From an uncultured virus (IMG/VR IMGVR_UViG_3300042197_001533) (taxonomy: Duplodnaviria > Heunggongvirae > Uroviricota > Caudoviricetes), in IMG/VR virus record IMGVR_UViG_3300042197_001533: a DNA stretch of 64,000 nt. One strand, given 5' to 3'. Position numbers and translations under genes: made by a program. The notes under the pieces were generated by a model. That model ran no database searches. It was not told the DNA's origin and worked only from the letters and a program-made list of their open reading frames with translations. How positions within the stretch are numbered: position 1 is the stretch's first letter; each line of letters starts with the position of its first letter. Shown here in pieces: positions 29,832 to 39,400 of the stretch.

Positions 29832-30779
29832 TCAGTTCATTTTCATCGAAACCATAGTTTCAAAATTCATCAACGGAGAATTTCGTATCAAATCCCACGT
29901 CCCCGAGAATCCTAACACAGATGGATCCTTTTCACCAATATTTATAAATCGAGTGTTTATGTTGTTTTTTAAAAGAAATTCTATAATAGACACGGATTCT
30001 CTTCTTGCATCCGAGTCTAGTAGAACATTCACCACCGGTGGAGGATTGGATAGAAGTTCTGATTTCAACTCTCGCGATAAGGTCTTTCCGAACATAGGAA
30101 TACAGTTATATCTGACAGCGAAAGCATCAAACACTCCTTCAACAAGAGTTATTTCCTGACTGAAATCTATCAGAGAGCCAAACCCAATGAAATTTTTGCT
30201 AGCAACAGAGTTATTGTATTTAAGCGTCGATTCGTAATAACTTCTTCCTACAAAAAAGTCTAAAAATCCGTCTTTGTTGTATGATGGGACGATTATTCGA
30301 TGAGAGAATTCGCCTGATTCACAATAGCCTATTTGGTATCTGAGTATGTCGAATTTAGTCACATGACGATTCAACAGGTATCTCACTGCATTTTTATACT
30401 CGATTGAATTCGATACATTTTTGATTGGGATATACTCTTTCGGCAAAACAACTTCGGACTTTACATCTGGCTTAGACTCTTCAAAATTCAAAACCATCTC
30501 GTCGGAATTGGTCGGAGTTCTATTCCACGCGTTAGAAGAAGTCAACAAACCAAAGTATTCTCGTGGAGCACCAATCTTTTTTAGAAGGGTGATGAGATTT
30601 AATCCAGAAAAGCTGCATACCCAACAGTTATACTTTCCTGTGTTGAGATTCACTTCCAATTTCCGTTTGTGGTGTTTACATTTGGGACAGAAATACACCG
30701 CATCAGTTCCTTTTCTGATACGCGCTTTTTGTTTCAACACTTTGTTAAGCAAAGAAACTTTTTCTTCCAGTAACATCAA
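29832..30779 (-). CDS. DNA primase (zinc finger plus TOPRIM)
   Basis: CPKC...CWVC, RIIVPSY, VEGVFD, LDSDA, KDP. Confidence 0.9.
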   Translation of the reverse strand: MMLLEEKVSLLNKVLKQKARIRKGTDAVYFCPKCKHHKRKLEVNLNTGKYNCWVCSFSGLNLITLLKKIGAPREYFGLLTSSNAWNRTPTNSDEMVLNFEESKPDVKSEVVLPKEYIPIKNVSNSIEYKNAVRYLLNRHVTKFDILRYQIGYCESGEFSHRIIVPSYNKDGFLDFFVGRSYYESTLKYNNSVASKNFIGFGSLIDFSQEITLVEGVFDAFAVRYNCIPMFGKTLSRELKSELLSNPPPVVNVLLDSDARRESVSIIEFLLKNNINTRFINIGEKDPSVLGFSGTWDLIRNSPLMNFETMVSMKMN

Positions 30780-30807
30780 TCTACATTATGGTGAAACACC
30801 AAAACAC

Positions 30808-31320
30808 TCAATTTAAATTATCTTTTGCTAACGCCAGAACCATGGCGTCATACATATCGGAATTCTTTTCGTCCCAGTTTCCCTTTTTATTCAAGGTGTC
30901 AAACTTGTGGATGTCGTGAATTTTTTCAAGATACATTTTTACAAAAACTTTCGACTTTATACCCTTCTCACGGCATTTACCTAGAACACTTTTTCTAGCC
31001 GTATTGACGTTCCACAATTTTATTGGTTTATGCCACCGTTCAGAGAGGATGTATTCAAATACGGCATTGAACCTGGACAGTTTTATTATGACCTGTTGGG
31101 AGGTAAATCCACCTGCAAACCCGCTGAGTGCTGCTTCCAGATGAATTTTTTCTATCTTTGAAAAACATGGATGTGCTTCCAGCACACCTATAACTTCTAA
31201 AGTCTTATCCTTTGACGAGTCGAAGTTTTTTATGTTTATGAAGCCCGCTGAGTGTATAACCGAGTCTTGGGTGAATGCCCATCCGACCGTGCTAGTAGAA
31301 GCGTCTAATCCTAAAACCAT
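30808..31320 (-). CDS. RuvC-like Holliday junction resolvase
   Basis: LGLDASTSTVGWA, IHLE, DMYDA acidic motifs. Confidence 0.8.
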   Translation of the reverse strand: MVLGLDASTSTVGWAFTQDSVIHSAGFINIKNFDSSKDKTLEVIGVLEAHPCFSKIEKIHLEAALSGFAGGFTSQQVIIKLSRFNAVFEYILSERWHKPIKLWNVNTARKSVLGKCREKGIKSKVFVKMYLEKIHDIHKFDTLNKKGNWDEKNSDMYDAMVLALAKDNLN

Positions 31321-31353
31321 ATGGAATACATATGGTCATGGGTTAGATAAAAA

Positions 31354-31578
31354 TTAGCCCTTGTATTTCTTGTTCGAGTGTCCTTTTAAGAACATGGATT
31401 CCTTTTTAGGCAATCCAGTGTCTTTTCCACCCTTGGTAAATCCGTCCGCGAAGTCATTTGAAAATCCATCCGCAGTCACCTTTCCTGCTGCTTTGGCATC
31501 AAACGCTCCGCCACAGGTTCCCTTGGCATATCGTTCTTCCATAGTCGTCACGAGAGATTTTCTGTCAGTCTGTTCCAT
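31354..31578 (-). CDS. Small hypothetical late protein
   Basis: Late-type motif at 31584-31590, 5 nt before ATG. Confidence 0.7.
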   Translation of the reverse strand: MEQTDRKSLVTTMEERYAKGTCGGAFDAKAAGKVTADGFSNDFADGFTKGGKDTGLPKKESMFLKGHSNKKYKG

Positions 31579-31594
31579 ATTCTATAAATATACA

Positions 31595-34500
31595 TCAGAT
31601 GTCGAATCGGATAATAAAATTGAGAGGAAAGTAACCCTGATTCTTAATCGGTGTTCCGAGTTTAGCAACTGCGACAAGGTCCAATCCATTGTATAACCCA
31701 ACCGTCGTTACATAAGGGGATAGATTTGATCCTGTCGAGAACGAATCCACGGTCATATCCCTCAAAAATTCAGACTTTATCGTTTTAGGTTGACCTCTAC
31801 CTGTCAACGTATTCAAATATCTAATAATTCCGTCGAAGGTATTTCTGGAATCGGACGACATTGATTTTGAACGCAACAGTGGTGATATATTGTCGGAATT
31901 CAACTTACCTATAAAGAACTTCCACAAGATTTTTATATCCAATTCGTCGGTTTTACCGTCAGAATTTATGTCCAACTGCTCAAAAATTGTGTCAGTCACA
32001 TACTCGTAAACCCCCGCCGGGACGGTTTCCGTTAACAAACTAACTCTCGTTTTATTTTCAAACGAGCTTGAAACGTGATATTGAAAAACACTTGCTTCCG
32101 ACTGACCATCCACAGTGTTAGGATTGAGGAATGTGAACAGATTCCACCAAGCTTCGCTGCCTGTGTTCTTTTTGTATATAGACCTTAGAATGAAGTCACA
32201 GTCGCTGAAATCAAAACTTCCATTCCCATTTAAGTCCGTCACCGTCGAGGCCACTTCATAAGATGTTGGATTTGTTGATACGTTAAATTCGCCGGTATTA
32301 ACCGTGCAAATGATTTCCTTTTCGTAAAATTTCTCCGAACTCTTGTATGCTATATCGTATATCGGCACATCATTGAAACCACTTTCAAACATCGAACTGA
32401 ACGTATTACTGTCGGACGTCAGAACAATTTTACCTGTTCTGTAAAACACATTTCCGATGTGATGTTCGACGCCCAAATCAGATAGGTCAAATATGTGAAA
32501 CCCACCGTGGAAACTTCCTGACACATTTTCATTTGAAAACGAATAGTCAATATCATCCACCGCCGCGTCTAATAGTGGCATCGGATCACCTGTAATGAGG
32601 TTATCGCCAAATATTTCTACATCATTCGCGAAGAGGTAATATCCCACTCCTTTTAGTTTTTTCGGTTTATACTTGGCTAAGATGTCCCAACTAGAACTCA
32701 GAGAGGAAGTATAAATATACAACATTCCATTGTAGTCGTAATCAAAAAATTCATTATCTATCGGACTGTTTGTTAAAGTGTTTTTTATGTATGAGGAGGT
32801 GTATTCCGATAGATACTTTGGTGAGGAAATAGCCAGAGTATCTCCGTAGATGCTCACAGCATGACCAAACCGGTTCGAGTGAAAGTTATCCACATCTCCG
32901 AACAATCTGGTTTCATTCCAATGGGAACCTGTAAATCCGTTCAAAGTGCAGTATCTTTTTTCAAAAACATATACCGCACCGTTTCTCATATGAGGGGATC
33001 CGCTGTATTCGAGTATATTTCTGTCATAAGGGGCACCAATGGCCACCTTCACGTCGGTATCAGATGCACAGTAGATAGATACGGAGTTTCCGAATCCATC
33101 CATAGTGTTGTTTTGATTAAAATACGGTAGAACGGGAACAAAAAATAGATCCTCTTCTTCTTTGGTCGGAGAAAACTTCTTGGTTTCTTGCCATCCGGTG
33201 CTGGAGGATTCAAAGAGATAAACTTTAGACGCGGTGTTGTTCAGACTACCATTCCCGACTACAATTTTATTGAACCCTTTGTCTATTTCAAGTGTAGAAC
33301 CGAAAAACACATCGGATGTCTCGCTTCCGGTCAAGAACGTTTGGTAAACGTATCCGTTTGAGGAACTCTTGAATAGATACACAGACCCTCGAAGGCCACC
33401 GTCTTGACTGAACGGGGAGCCAACGGCGAGATAGTCGTCGTTCATGGATACCGAATATCCGAACGAACGGGATTGTTCATTTGAACCCAACGAACGGGTG
33501 ACTACCTGAATTGGATCCGAAGAACTCGTGTTACTCAAATCATAGAGTAAAACAAAACCGCTTGCCGTTTTCGGAGTCGCTCCGATAGAACATCTCAAAT
33601 CGGTCGTTGAAACCGCTAATAGGTTTTCAAACATGGAAACTGCAACTCCGAAATCCGACTTTGTTATCGACGTGACCGCACCGACGTGAGCAAGGGAACT
33701 GGTCTTAACCGTGAAGGTTCTGTCAAAAACGAATCTGTCGGATACAAGCCTCTCCTTTACGTAAACGTCCACGCTGCCCGTCTTAGTTATGTTGGATTCA
33801 AAAGATGGGCACCCAACAGCTGCAAAGAACTCGGAGGTCGCCACAGAGTATCCCACATTCGGGTGAAGTGATGACGTGTGTAGTGAATCCTTTACTATTT
33901 TTTCAAAAACGCTGCCGCTAGTGACCACGTTTCCGTCTCCATCATCTACAAGAGTGACTGATTGTTCCTGTGAACTATCTTCTATTCGGAGGGAATTCTT
34001 TTGAATTGTATCGCCGAAGTAAGCCTGTGGAACCGTGGCGACCTTTATCTGGCTCCCTATAAAACGCTTACTCCTGTCTAAGAACACGTCTATGTTCTCT
34101 AACCCAAGAACCTTTGTCGGATCCTTCGTGTCACTGTAGTAAGAATTCTTAATTTGGTCGTAGACGAGTCGTTTATACGTTCCATCGACGTTTTTGGAAG
34201 AAGATATGGGCAAAAATCTGACGTATTTTTCTACTTTCACACCCTCGGCGATATTGATGAACTTATCCGTGCTCTCTTCTAAAACAACATTAAAGTCGTC
34301 CACCCTATATTCCTCCACGTCACTTATAGTGAAGACGTCTCCCGGATACGGATAGTATCTGAGGCTTAAACTCGTCTCCGTGAAAGACTTATCATAGTAA
34401 TTGAACGAACCTGAAACGAAATTTGCAGTAGTCAATCCCGATCTGAAATCTGTGTAGTTTATTCCCGCAGGAAGATTGTCACCGATGGAACTGGTCGTGT

Positions 34501-34609
34501 AGCTGGAATCGGTTAAGAGAAAGTTTACGGAATTCCCTGGAGATCTCCACGTTTTTGAGACGTTAAATGGAGCAGCGGAAATATCTTCCTTACTTAGATT
34601 CTTAATCAT
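31595..34609 (-). CDS. Baseplate-associated protein with FG-GAP-like propeller repeats and a dockerin-like pair
   Basis: Repeated FG.SV......LAVG.P......G.VY.F; DLNGNGSFDFSD and DINSDGKTDELD; C-terminal YVTTVGLYN..LVAVAKL..P. Confidence 0.7.
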   Translation of the reverse strand: MIKNLSKEDISAAPFNVSKTWRSPGNSVNFLLTDSSYTTSSIGDNLPAGINYTDFRSGLTTANFVSGSFNYYDKSFTETSLSLRYYPYPGDVFTISDVEEYRVDDFNVVLEESTDKFINIAEGVKVEKYVRFLPISSSKNVDGTYKRLVYDQIKNSYYSDTKDPTKVLGLENIDVFLDRSKRFIGSQIKVATVPQAYFGDTIQKNSLRIEDSSQEQSVTLVDDGDGNVVTSGSVFEKIVKDSLHTSSLHPNVGYSVATSEFFAAVGCPSFESNITKTGSVDVYVKERLVSDRFVFDRTFTVKTSSLAHVGAVTSITKSDFGVAVSMFENLLAVSTTDLRCSIGATPKTASGFVLLYDLSNTSSSDPIQVVTRSLGSNEQSRSFGYSVSMNDDYLAVGSPFSQDGGLRGSVYLFKSSSNGYVYQTFLTGSETSDVFFGSTLEIDKGFNKIVVGNGSLNNTASKVYLFESSSTGWQETKKFSPTKEEEDLFFVPVLPYFNQNNTMDGFGNSVSIYCASDTDVKVAIGAPYDRNILEYSGSPHMRNGAVYVFEKRYCTLNGFTGSHWNETRLFGDVDNFHSNRFGHAVSIYGDTLAISSPKYLSEYTSSYIKNTLTNSPIDNEFFDYDYNGMLYIYTSSLSSSWDILAKYKPKKLKGVGYYLFANDVEIFGDNLITGDPMPLLDAAVDDIDYSFSNENVSGSFHGGFHIFDLSDLGVEHHIGNVFYRTGKIVLTSDSNTFSSMFESGFNDVPIYDIAYKSSEKFYEKEIICTVNTGEFNVSTNPTSYEVASTVTDLNGNGSFDFSDCDFILRSIYKKNTGSEAWWNLFTFLNPNTVDGQSEASVFQYHVSSSFENKTRVSLLTETVPAGVYEYVTDTIFEQLDINSDGKTDELDIKILWKFFIGKLNSDNISPLLRSKSMSSDSRNTFDGIIRYLNTLTGRGQPKTIKSEFLRDMTVDSFSTGSNLSPYVTTVGLYNGLDLVAVAKLGTPIKNQGYFPLNFIIRFDI

Positions 34610-34687
34610 TTCTTATAAATATGAAGAACCTAGTTTTATACGTCGATATAAAAACCAAGATTTCGCCAATGGGCGGAAATCATACCA

Positions 34688-35779
34688 TTAGAAATCCAAT
34701 CGGATCCTAAAGCTCAATTCGGATGAAAAGTCCTTCTTGGTAGGCTGGCTTAGTTTTGCCACCGCTATCAATTCGTTCTGTTCGTTATATAGACCTACCG
34801 TTGTTACGTAGGTTTTCGGTTCTTCAACCAACGCATCAATCACTTCTCCCTTGAAACTTCCCGAGATATTCTCTGGGTAGACAAAGGATGGGTTATTGGA
34901 GAAATTGAAATCTTGATTCTTCACCCTTACGAAATAATGAGTCGAAGGAACTATCTCAGACTTCCTCACCCTCATATTCCGGTTGCTCTCCGCGACCATC
35001 TGATTGTAGAATCTGACACTGTTATCGACGTGGAAAGTAGATGTGAGTCCGTTATCGTAGTGAAAGCCGGCCAGTGTGGCGAGTTTCTTTGCATTAAATA
35101 CCATGATTCCATTTTTAGGATAGAAGAGTCCGATTCCCTGATATTCTCCGGATACAACGGTTCTCCCTACGTCGCTATCAAAGCTTCCGGAAACAATCTG
35201 ATAGACCAATCGTTGTTCCTTCTTCTCAGCCGGTGTAAGTAGTGCGGTTTCGTCCACAAGATGTAGACTCGCACTTCCACTTGCACCGTTTAAAGCAAAT
35301 GCCCACTGACCTTTATCTATCTGGTCGTTCATAAGATTGGTAGAGAACGCCATTACAAACACTTCTGAGCTTGTTATATAGGTGTTAGATGTTGAACTCC
35401 CCGTCTTAAAACTGAACAGACCATCTTCGTCAGATATTCCAAGCAATGTGTTTGCAAACTGAGAATATATGGCCTTGGTGTTTTTGAATAAAGAACCTGT
35501 TTTTACTCCACCACCGTTTTTATCACCGTATGATATGGAAAAAAGTAACTGTTTCGTGGATGCCGCACTGTCATATACGTTCGTGTAATACAGCCCATTC
35601 AAAACATCATACGTACCGTTTGAACCGGTGAGCTGTTTCTGGTCAGTGTCGGTCCTAAGCAAAGACTGCAAGAAGGTGGCTTGATTCCCTGGAAAATATC
35701 CATTCGATATGGTGTTGTTTTTTCCCGAAATGATGTCTCCCGAGTCAAACGACTGGTATATTTTGAAGTTGTTCTCCAT
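34688..35779 (-). CDS. Baseplate-associated structural protein
   Basis: C-terminal FNFSNNPSF...TYVTTVGLYN...LIAVAKLSQP, paralogous to the neighbouring gene. Confidence 0.7.
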   Translation of the reverse strand: MENNFKIYQSFDSGDIISGKNNTISNGYFPGNQATFLQSLLRTDTDQKQLTGSNGTYDVLNGLYYTNVYDSAASTKQLLFSISYGDKNGGGVKTGSLFKNTKAIYSQFANTLLGISDEDGLFSFKTGSSTSNTYITSSEVFVMAFSTNLMNDQIDKGQWAFALNGASGSASLHLVDETALLTPAEKKEQRLVYQIVSGSFDSDVGRTVVSGEYQGIGLFYPKNGIMVFNAKKLATLAGFHYDNGLTSTFHVDNSVRFYNQMVAESNRNMRVRKSEIVPSTHYFVRVKNQDFNFSNNPSFVYPENISGSFKGEVIDALVEEPKTYVTTVGLYNEQNELIAVAKLSQPTKKDFSSELSFRIRLDF

Positions 35780-35784
35780 AAATG

Positions 35785-36420
35785 TTAGGTTGTTACAGTG
35801 ACCGTCACAGGGATACTTACCCCTCCACCGGATTCATTTCCAATTATGGTCAATGTAGTGGTAGTGGTTCTGTTTAACGCTGAAGATGGTATGAAAGCGA
35901 ATTCAAGTCCGACAGCATAAATCGAACTGTCCACTGACCTGTCTCCACCGAATGTCGGTGTCGTTCCAGGAGAAGAAGATACTGAAGCTTCAACAGTGAC
36001 AACTAAACTTCCGACCTTACTGTTTCCAAGTATTGCCGTATACCCACCGTTTGAATTGTAATTGGATGGTGTAGTTGATGGAGAGATAACGATTCTACCG
36101 TTGTATGTAGACAATACCGAAATATTCTCTTGAGAAATCGCTACCGTTGGTATAAACGTGGAACCTTGGTCAAGTGTCACGAGTTTGTATTTCATTACCT
36201 GCGTCTCGTCTGTGTTCGGTTCAAATATAGGGGTATTTACGAGAGCGATTTCCTTCAAATCCTCCGTCTCGGCATCCGGGTTGTAAAGCCCGTAATCGAT
36301 CTCATCGTCAGCTAAGGCAAATGAGGTTATTTTAAGACTTCCGTTCTTTGCTAACAATTCTCTCCCCTTTTTTGTAAGCACGGCGTCAACGACGATTGAT
36401 TTGTTATCTAAATATGCCAT
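35785..36420 (-). CDS. Baseplate-associated structural protein
   Basis: YLDN....VDAVLTKKGRELLA...ITSFALADDEIDY.LY; late-type motif at 36430-36436. Confidence 0.7.
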   Translation of the reverse strand: MAYLDNKSIVVDAVLTKKGRELLAKNGSLKITSFALADDEIDYGLYNPDAETEDLKEIALVNTPIFEPNTDETQVMKYKLVTLDQGSTFIPTVAISQENISVLSTYNGRIVISPSTTPSNYNSNGGYTAILGNSKVGSLVVTVEASVSSSPGTTPTFGGDRSVDSSIYAVGLEFAFIPSSALNRTTTTTLTIIGNESGGGVSIPVTVTVTT

Positions 36421-36464
36421 AATCTTCTAATAAATAGTCTACGATTCCGATTTTCTGTTTTATT

Positions 36465-39400
36465 TTAAACCTTTAGTCCTGAGTTTGTGTTCTTTATATT
36501 CGGCCCCACCGAAATACGTATAATTGGACTTCTATCCTCGATTCCCTCTTGGTTAATAGTCGTGTTCTCTGTCTGACGTGACTTTCCAACATAGTTTCTG
36601 AAAGGCAAATACTTTCTGTTTATAGGTCGGAACCTCTCCACATTTGACAATTCGGTGTGAGATGACGGTATTTCCATTGCGCTTCCACTTGGAATCAAAT
36701 CCACGGAACACATAGTTCTACGGATAGTCCTATCCTCAGAAAAACTCTTCCGTCTCGTGTATTTCTTTTGATACGCCTTATAAACACTGCCATCGTAATA
36801 TACGTATCCATTTTCTCCCAAGAAAATGTTTGTATCATATTCACTGATGCGGTCTTCGACAGAACCAAATCCAGCAAAGGAATTTTCTACCGTAGATACG
36901 TTGTTATGAGAAATGTAAGACACGTCCGCGCTGGATGTTGTGGGGATAGAAATCGACGCAAGCCCCACCAAATCGTTAAGCGGAATAACGGAAGTATAAG
37001 TCGTTATCTCAGAAATTGTTGCCGGCTTTTGTTCTACCCGGCTACGTTCTAGTAGAGTTGCCTCGACGAGGATTCCCGAGTAGACTTTGTTTCTCGCCGG
37101 CAAAACCGCTTTGAGTGTCTCAAATATACTCTTATCTATGAATATTCTGTAAATCGAAAAGAGTTCGTTAAAGAGTATCTTGGATACCAAATTTTTCCTA
37201 TAGAAATTTCTGCGGAATTCATCTAACTTGAGATACCGTCGGCCATATCTGTCGGTAGGTTCCGCGACGGATGAAATTATGTCGTGATCTCCGAAGAAGT
37301 TTAGAATATCCTTGTTTCTCTCATGTATTGGAGACACGAATATTCCCAACTTTCTTGAATCTTCGTATTTATTTGTCGGCGACTTGTAAGTGGTAGATTT
37401 CTCGTGGGATAATCTGGAGTCGATAGAATCTACGACGGTGTAGTTCACCTTTTTATTCTCAAGTCGGCTCGGACCAATGTGTTCCGTAGGCAATTCATTT
37501 ATGACAATGAACTCCTTCGTTTGATGTGGAAAATACGAATATGATTGCGTCAGACAGCTTCCTGTGGTGAGGCTCGACGTCACGTTACTTCCGGAGAAAT
37601 TATACAGATATGCAAATGACGCAGAATACCCACTGTTAAGGTTGTTCACCGTATATCCCTGATCAGTTAATGATGCGGAGGAGAAATCTACGGGAATACC
37701 AAGGCCAAATCTAAAAAGCAAATCTTCGTAGCTTGATGACGGTTCTCCTTGATAATAAGATTGGATGTTCTTTCCCCTAATTTCAAAGTCTTTATCTGAA
37801 AGAGGCGTGGATTGAATTACGAACCTATCCATACATCCTCTGAACTTCGCTGCTGAGTAATTCGGCAAATTATCGGTCGCCAGTGCGGTAGAATCCTCGG
37901 TTATAAAGTCGCTGTCGGACGGTTCGGTTTCAAGTATTTCCAATATTTCACTTACAATCTCTATTTCATTTGCACCGGAATTTCCGAACGTAAAGAATCC
38001 GGGATGCTCGAATGATTCGTTGAGAGAACCGCTCAAATAAAACGAAGTTTGTAGGTCAACACTCTTTCCTCCTGTAGAAGAACGATACACCTTTATGTCA
38101 TACTTGACAGGAACGAATGACGAAGACTGTGCAACGTCGAATCTATTGTCTATATAATTTCTTCTAAGCATCACACTCATCGGTTCATCCGAGAAGAGAT
38201 AAACCGGATCCGTCAGTGTGGTGAACGCGGAATCGTCGTTACTTATCGTAAAATAAAACCTTCCCAAACTTTTTCCGGTTTTTACAAATCCGAGAGAGTA
38301 AACCTGATTAGTGGCCGATGCCGCGTCTCCAAACTTCTCGTGAAGTGGAACTATTAACCTAGATGAAGAATAGTGCGTTGGATCGATATAAAGCTTGAAA
38401 TCCACCGATTTGACAGTTGTAGGCCATGAGCCGGAGATTTCAACGTATTCATCTGCTTCACCCTGATACTCCAACAGATACTCTTTTTCCTCGGAAAAAT
38501 ATGAAGAACTAATCTCATGGTCAGAATATCCACCACCAAACTCTTTAAGAGTTATTAAGTTATTCGGAACTCCGTAAATGGAAAATATTTGTCTAATACA
38601 TTCCTCTGTGCCCTTGGACTTGTATACAGCGGGCAAGTTTATTAACATTCTCTTCCAGATAGTTTTGGTCTTCTCATCCACCGATATACTGTTTACCAAA
38701 TCCGATTGGTCTGCCGAGGAGAGGTAGTTTTCAACCGTATCGGATGATTCTATCAATCCAGAAAGTCCGGGAGGAAGCTTAAATCCAAAGCTGTTCAATA
38801 TATAACTTATCAATTTACCTGTGATTCCGTCATCTAAATCGTGACCAACTCTTTTGTATATGCCTATGTTGGATATATGCAGATACAGATTGTCAAAATG
38901 ATGACCAATCATGCTTAGGAACTTCAGGTATTCATCATTGTCTTCATCCGCATAGACAAATTCCGGACTGTTGTTTAAGAGAGAGTCACGGTTATTTTTG
39001 TCATACACCTCAGAGTCAGATAATAACTCCGCGACCGTGGTGGATGCATCGGTGCTTCCCGACGTTTCTACAAAAATCTCGTCCGTTGTGTCGTAAATAA
39101 AATCTCCGGATTTATAGAGATATGCCTCGTAGCCGTCAAATCCTCCTATAATAGAATCCACTTCATCCCGTTTGTTCGTTAGGTCGGTATAAACGCTTAG
39201 TATATCCGAGATTTCTGTGGAACCGGAATCTATGGCTTCCAATGTCGCGATCTCTTCGGCCAGTGTGGTGATTTGAACCACCTTGTTCTTGAAAATCTTC
39301 AACCTCAAATTAGCCGAAGAAAACACCACGAAGTTGGCAAAGTCGCTGTAATCTATGTTTAGGTCTATCAACTTCTTGTTTACAAGAATCTTATTTTCCG

